Source of the DNA: Coprothermobacterota bacterium
Lineage (GTDB): Bacteria; Coprothermobacterota; Coprothermobacteria; Coprothermobacterales; Coprothermobacteraceae
DNA: 64,000 bases
Reading direction: 5' to 3'
Assembly (NCBI GenBank): GCA_036679065.1
Contig: JAZIGN010000003.1
Coordinates: 352,001-416,000, forward strand
Shown here: positions 59,298-64,000 of the stretch, piece by piece
Numbering within the stretch: the first letter of the stretch is position 1
How the letters are laid out: every line of letters starts with the position of its first letter
Position numbers and translations under genes: made by a program
Notes under the pieces: model-generated
Seen by the model: the letters and a program-made list of their open reading frames with translations, nothing else
Database searches by the model: none
What the model was told of the DNA's origin: nothing

Positions 59298-60155
59298 TTA
59301 ATAGTTGCTTTTCTTAGCTGAAGATGGCAAACGCTCATACTTGATGTGGTGATGTGCAAATACTTCTGAGCTACGGTCGAAAGACAGCAAGAAATCTTTT
59401 AGGGTGTAAAGTTGGGACTTATATAGCAAAATAGCTTGGTATTTTCGCTTTATTTCATCTGTGGTCAGTTTTAGCCTAGTCCAGTTTTCAGCTTCTTCCA
59501 ATGGAGGCAGCGGCATGTCTAGATCCTGATAGAGTCCCTTCGGGACTGGCCACTGGGGGAAATGTACTAAGTAGTTTAGAAGGACAGCTTCAATTCGGCT
59601 TCTTGTAACAATTTGATTTATCAAGCGGTTCGTCGCTTTATGATCATCGTGAGTGTCTTTTTCATGTGGATAAATGATGTGGGTGGGCTTAAAGCTCTTT
59701 ATTATTGTCTGCATTGCCCTATACAGGTTTTCACCTGTGTACGCTACATCCGGATTATATACACCTGATTTATATGGACAATAAGTTGTGCCTATTCCGC
59801 CAATGTTGCATGGTCTCTCCCAATACTCGTCTAGAAGGAATTTCAAGCTGCCATCAGCAAAACCAAGAAAGATGATATTCTGCGGTTGTACGCCCAGATA
59901 AGTAAGTGCACTTATGCTTTCTCTTTGCCGAGTTAAACCCAGTTGGTAGTAGGTCTTCGCAGTGGGAACTTGTCCTTGAGCTAATACTCTTGCAACTCTT
60001 TGATAGGCGTCGCCGTTAGTGATTACTACTACACCTACGTCAATACCGAGTTTACAAGCTCTGGTGATTAATCCACCAGCTGCTATTACCTCATCATCAG
60101 GATGAGGAGCTACTACCAAAATTCTGAAGTCTCCTGAACGTTCTTCTAGTAACAT
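59298..60155 (-). CDS. PIG-L/LmbE-family deacetylase
   Basis: PHPDDE, TNGD, RQRES, LGFADG and HDDH. Confidence 0.9.
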   Translation of the reverse strand: MLLEERSGDFRILVVAPHPDDEVIAAGGLITRACKLGIDVGVVVITNGDAYQRVARVLAQGQVPTAKTYYQLGLTRQRESISALTYLGVQPQNIIFLGFADGSLKFLLDEYWERPCNIGGIGTTYCPYKSGVYNPDVAYTGENLYRAMQTIIKSFKPTHIIYPHEKDTHDDHKATNRLINQIVTRSRIEAVLLNYLVHFPQWPVPKGLYQDLDMPLPPLEEAENWTRLKLTTDEIKRKYQAILLYKSQLYTLKDFLLSFDRSSEVFAHHHIKYERLPSSAKKSNY

Positions 60156-60407
60156 ACCAAACGTTCTTTGCTAGTTTTAAAGTTATGCGTTTTAAAATGC
60201 GTATATGCCATTTCTAGCTATTTTATTATTGTAGCACTGTTTTACTCATCTGTTATGAAATGTTTCCGTACTGTTGTTAACATTCTTTGACTGGGCTATG
60301 ATGTACTTGGGGTGTTTAGTAATACAATAGAAATGTAGAGTAGACTGAACTGAAATGGTATTAGATAACTGCATGACTAACTACTTTGTTTGAGTGAGGT
60401 GGTTTTA

Positions 60408-60815
60408 GTGCCTGCCATTGTCTGGAAAAATGAGTATTCTGTGGGTGTAAAAGTTATAGATGATCAGCACAAAGAATTGTTCAAACGGGTAAACAAGCTT
60501 TTCGATGATGTTTCCAAAGGCAATGTGACTACGGTTTTGGAAACTCTTGATTTTTTGAACAGTTATGTTATTTATCATTTCTCAGCTGAGGAACAGCTCA
60601 TGGCAAAAGCTAACTATCCCGAACTTGAGTCACACAAGAATGAGCATGAATGGTTCAAGTCGGAGATACTTTTTATCAGGGAGCAAGTGGAGAGAAACGG
60701 ACTTGGTGTAAGTTTGACATTGAAGCTGAACAAGCTACTGGTCAGCTGGCTCATAAACCACGTCACCAAGACCGATGCTAGGTTTGCTCCTTATGTTAAA
60801 GAAGAGGCTGTATAG
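60408..60815 (+). CDS. Bacteriohemerythrin 1
   Basis: W...YSVG..IDDQHKEL, HFSAEE, HKNEH and WLINHVTKTD. GTG start after GAGGTGG. Confidence 0.92.
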   Translation: MPAIVWKNEYSVGVKVIDDQHKELFKRVNKLFDDVSKGNVTTVLETLDFLNSYVIYHFSAEEQLMAKANYPELESHKNEHEWFKSEILFIREQVERNGLGVSLTLKLNKLLVSWLINHVTKTDARFAPYVKEEAV

Positions 60816-60908
60816 CGTGCAAAAGGATAATGGCAGCTTATTGCATTAGGAAGTATTTTAGAATATTTAAATGATAAAGCTTACATTACCAAAGAGAGGT
60901 GATTAAAG

Positions 60909-61322
60909 GTGCCGGCTGTCACGTGGAAGGAAGAATACTCTGTGGGCATAAAGACAGTGGATGAACAGCATAAAGAGTTATTTGCTCGAATCAACAAACT
61001 TTTTGATGAGATTCCCGAGGGAAACAAAGATGCAGTTTTGGAGATGCTTGATTTTTTGCAAGATTACACTATTTTCCATTTCAATGCTGAGCAAGACCTC
61101 ATGAGTAGAGCAAAATACCCTGGTTTAGAAGAACACAAACAGCAACACGAGTGGTTCAAGGAACAGATAAGAAGTTTTCGAGAAGAGGTACAGAGTAAGG
61201 GTGTTGGTGTGACTTTGACAGTGAAGCTCAACAGGGTACTTGTAGATTGGTTAATAAACCACGTTACTAAGACGGATATCCAATATGTACCTTATGTAAA
61301 ACAGGCGGGTTTGTCGTTTTAG
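60909..61322 (+). CDS. Bacteriohemerythrin 2
   Basis: DEQHKEL, HFNAEQ, HKQQH and WLINHVTKTD. Confidence 0.92.
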   Translation: MPAVTWKEEYSVGIKTVDEQHKELFARINKLFDEIPEGNKDAVLEMLDFLQDYTIFHFNAEQDLMSRAKYPGLEEHKQQHEWFKEQIRSFREEVQSKGVGVTLTVKLNRVLVDWLINHVTKTDIQYVPYVKQAGLSF

Positions 61323-61350
61323 TCTAAGTTTGGAAGGAGCGTTATAGAGA

Positions 61351-61635
61351 ATGGAAGCACAGCATGTTGAGACAGAAGTGACGTTGACTAACCCAACAGG
61401 TCTGCATGCAAGGCCTGCATCTCTGCTGGTGCAGACGGCAGCGAGGTTCAAGAGCAATATTACTCTTGAAAAAGAAGGACGCAATGTCAATGCTAAGAGC
61501 ATCATGGGAGTACTCTCTCTAGGTGCTGACAAGGGAAGTAGGATAAAAATCAGTGTAGAAGGTGAAGACGCTGAAGAAGCGCTTAAAGCTCTTCTGGACT
61601 TGATCCACGATAATTTTGGAGAAGTGGAATCATGA
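61351..61635 (+). CDS. ptsH: Phosphocarrier protein HPr
   Basis: GLHARPA and NAKSIMG motifs. Confidence 0.95.
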   Translation: MEAQHVETEVTLTNPTGLHARPASLLVQTAARFKSNITLEKEGRNVNAKSIMGVLSLGADKGSRIKISVEGEDAEEALKALLDLIHDNFGEVES

Positions 61636-63293
61636 CGCTAAAAGGTATACCGGGTGCACCCGGCATAGGTATTGGGACAGCACAAGTGTTGAAGAAAGAG
61701 TTGGATATACCGCGCTTTGCGGTGGAGGATTCAAAAGAGGAGTTAGACAGATTCTACAAGGCACTGGATCAGAGTAAGCAGCAAGTTTCTCAACTACTCG
61801 AGAGGGCAAGCAAAAACGGGAACAAAGATGTGGCAGATATTATGCAAGCCCATTTAATGATGCTTGATGATCCTGAGTTCTTGGGGAAGGTAAGAGAAAG
61901 CATTGAAAATGAGAAGCTGAATGCGGAATTCGCCGTTTGGTCCGTGGGGCAAGAGTACATACAGTTTTTTGAACAAATGACCGACGAGTACCTCAAAGCT
62001 CGTGCTGCGGACCTAAAAGATGTTACAGAGCGTATCATTAGAAACCTCACAGGCACTTTGTTAGACCTTTCTCAACTTCCACAGAATACTGTCCTCGTTG
62101 CTAGGGACTTAGCTCCATCAGACACTGCTCAAATCGATCGAGAACACGTAGTCGGATTGGTCACTGATGAAGGCGGTCCCACTTCGCATGTGGCAATCAT
62201 GGCTAGATCTTTTCAAATTCCTGCTGTGGTAGGCACAAAGAATGCTACTGGGGAGATAAAGAATGGTGACCTCCTCGTGGTTGATGGAAACGAAGGCATA
62301 GTTGAAGTTAACCCTGCAGAGGATTCGCTGAAAAACTACGAGCAAAAGCAGTTGCAATGGAAAAAAGAGCAGAGTGATCTGGGGGAATTGATTACTGTGC
62401 CTAGCGTGACCAAAGATGGCGCACAGGTTAAACTGGAAGCTAACATTGGCAGACCTGAAGAAGTTGAAACAGCTTTGAAATTCGGTGCGGAAGGGGTCGG
62501 GCTTTTTAGAACGGAATTTCTTTTCATGGACCGAAACACGTTGCCGTCAGAAGAAGAACAATTTGAGGCCTATAAGAAGGCATTAGAGGGCATGCGGGGA
62601 CAAGTAGTCACCATACGTACCCTTGACATTGGAGGAGATAAAGATTTACCTTATCTGGGCTTGCAAAGGGAAAACAACCCTTTCTTGGGTTGGAGAGCTA
62701 TAAGATACTGTTTAGACCGCAGAGATGTACTTAAGACTCAACTAAGGGCCATTTTGCGAGCTAGTGTTTACGGTAAGGCTGCCGTTATGTTTCCCATGAT
62801 CAGTTCAGTGGAAGAGGTAGTTAAAGCCAAAGAAGTTCTAGAGGAAGCAAAAGCTGAGCTTCGTGAAGAAGGCCAGCCTTTCGATGAGCATGTAAAGGTA
62901 GGCATTATGGTGGAAATTCCATCGGCCGCGGTAGCCGCTGACTTACTTGCGCCAGAGGTGGACTTTTTTAGTATCGGTACAAACGATTTGACTCAGTACA
63001 CTCTTGCTGTGGACCGGGATAACGAAAAAGTGCGAGAATACTATAACCCGCTTCACCCTGCAGTTCTTAGACTCATAAAGAGGGTTATCGATGTGGGAAA
63101 CACCTTTGGGAAAGAAGTTGCCATGTGCGGTGAGCTTGCAGGTGATGATAAAGCCACAGAAATACTTCTTGGCCTTGGTTTACAAGTGTTTAGTATGACA
63201 CCCTCAAGCATTCCCAGAGTGAAAAAGGTTGTTCTATCTACAAATAATGAAGAAGCTCAGGCAATTGCAAAAAAGGCGGCCGCTTTAGCATAG
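61632..63293 (+). CDS. ptsI: PTS enzyme I
   Basis: [34 protein letters not shown] and MCGE. Confidence 0.96.
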   Translation: MTLKGIPGAPGIGIGTAQVLKKELDIPRFAVEDSKEELDRFYKALDQSKQQVSQLLERASKNGNKDVADIMQAHLMMLDDPEFLGKVRESIENEKLNAEFAVWSVGQEYIQFFEQMTDEYLKARAADLKDVTERIIRNLTGTLLDLSQLPQNTVLVARDLAPSDTAQIDREHVVGLVTDEGGPTSHVAIMARSFQIPAVVGTKNATGEIKNGDLLVVDGNEGIVEVNPAEDSLKNYEQKQLQWKKEQSDLGELITVPSVTKDGAQVKLEANIGRPEEVETALKFGAEGVGLFRTEFLFMDRNTLPSEEEQFEAYKKALEGMRGQVVTIRTLDIGGDKDLPYLGLQRENNPFLGWRAIRYCLDRRDVLKTQLRAILRASVYGKAAVMFPMISSVEEVVKAKEVLEEAKAELREEGQPFDEHVKVGIMVEIPSAAVAADLLAPEVDFFSIGTNDLTQYTLAVDRDNEKVREYYNPLHPAVLRLIKRVIDVGNTFGKEVAMCGELAGDDKATEILLGLGLQVFSMTPSSIPRVKKVVLSTNNEEAQAIAKKAAALA

Positions 63294-63312
63294 GCGGCCG
63301 CCTTTTTCTTTC
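63270..63312. terminator. Bidirectional terminator overlapping the ptsI stop codon
   Basis: AAAAAGGCGGCCGC...GCGGCCGCCTTTTT. Confidence 0.8.
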
Positions 63313-63320
63313 AGAATTTT

Positions 63321-64000
63321 CTACTGTATGACGTACCAGATTATAGGTACGTGCTGAATTATGTCTGTGTCAGAAGTGTCAGGTAGGATTCTAACAAAGT
63401 ACTTCCAGCAAGGGTTACCAAGGTGTCGCAAGAAACCATCGGTGTAAAAGTAAGTAAAAGTGCTGTCACCTTCTGATACATATCTGCGCAGTTCAACGGT
63501 TCGTACTTTCTCAAGTTCTGTACCTTCTCTGCCTAAGAAAAGTTCAACTTTGACATCTTCAGGGGAAAGTTGTCCCAAATTAACGGTGACTCGTAAGCTT
63601 GCTCCATTTTCTTCCACAGCAACGTTCTTTACTGAAACACCGTTCCACGCTTCGACGACTCTACTTTCCCAATTAACGTCGCGCTTAGCATTCTCAAAAT
63701 CATTCTTGGAGAGACGTTCTGAATTGATAAAAGCTTTTACATATGTTTTGTCCATGTACTCCTTGACCATGCGATGTGTACTGAAGCGCGGAACAATACT
63801 CTTAATACTCTCACGCATCATTGAAAGCCATTTAGTTCTGTTTTCATAATAGGTTGGGATTATTTGAGTTTCGAGTATGTTGTACAGGCTTTCCGAATCC
63901 CTTTGATCATTCTCTTCGTGCTCAGGTTCCAAAGATTCATCTCCCACAACCCATCCGTTCTTGCCGTTGTAACCTTCTACCCACCATCCATCGTAAATAC
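63321..64000 (-). CDS. glgP: Alpha-glucan (glycogen) phosphorylase, 3' part; gene starts outside the window
   Basis: Frame continues to the window edge as DGWWVEGYNGKNGWVVG, then LYNILETQIIPTYY...WLSMMRES...FSTHRMVKEY. Confidence 0.9.
   Translation of the reverse strand, partial: IYDGWWVEGYNGKNGWVVGDESLEPEHEENDQRDSESLYNILETQIIPTYYENRTKWLSMMRESIKSIVPRFSTHRMVKEYMDKTYVKAFINSERLSKNDFENAKRDVNWESRVVEAWNGVSVKNVAVEENGASLRVTVNLGQLSPEDVKVELFLGREGTELEKVRTVELRRYVSEGDSTFTYFYTDGFLRHLGNPCWKYFVRILPDTSDTDIIQHVPIIWYVIQ

Noticed and set aside
1..64000. tRNA, rRNA, IS elements or prophage genes
   Set aside because: None recognised by eye; small RNA genes could have been missed without a search.

Overview
Bacterial chromosomal window, by eye moderately AT-rich. 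Gene content (tungsten-type aldehyde oxidoreductase, hemerythrins, copper-amine-oxidase-N surface domains, secreted cysteine protease, peptide and amino-acid catabolism) suggests an anaerobic, probably thermophilic, proteolytic organism. A Coprothermobacter-like lineage is my unverified guess. The left third (1-24.4 kb) is an accessory/defence region: a papain-family protease running off the left edge, a collapsed rbsR/rbsB remnant, a GmrSD-like DUF262 nuclease, a BlaI/M56 pair with a clear operator, an arsR-arsP-thioredoxin operon, several gene relics, and a decayed type I-B-like CRISPR locus (cas1 fragment, intact cas2, leader). The most striking feature is that the CRISPR array (30-bp repeat, consensus GTTTCTAGCTTACCTACAAGGGATTGAAAC) is split by a 3,099-bp segment carrying a complete three-gene DpnII-type (GATC) restriction-modification operon. 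That operon sits in the position of a spacer, is co-oriented with the leader, and starts 49 bp after the third repeat. The rest is metabolic. A 10-gene minus-strand cluster (GWSMG hydrolase, non-canonical FabH, FabG/PhaB-like reductase, Liv-type ABC transporter, double TetR, CoA-transferase, thiolase) looks like 3-hydroxyacyl-ester/3HB-oligomer utilisation. A second cluster has pruA, a free lipoyl domain, two E1 alpha/beta pairs, DUF969/DUF979 and pcp, with no E2 or E3. It is followed by a P-type ATPase, several hydrolases, two hemerythrins, ptsH-ptsI and the 3' end of glgP. All calls come from manual reading and motif recognition; no searches were run.
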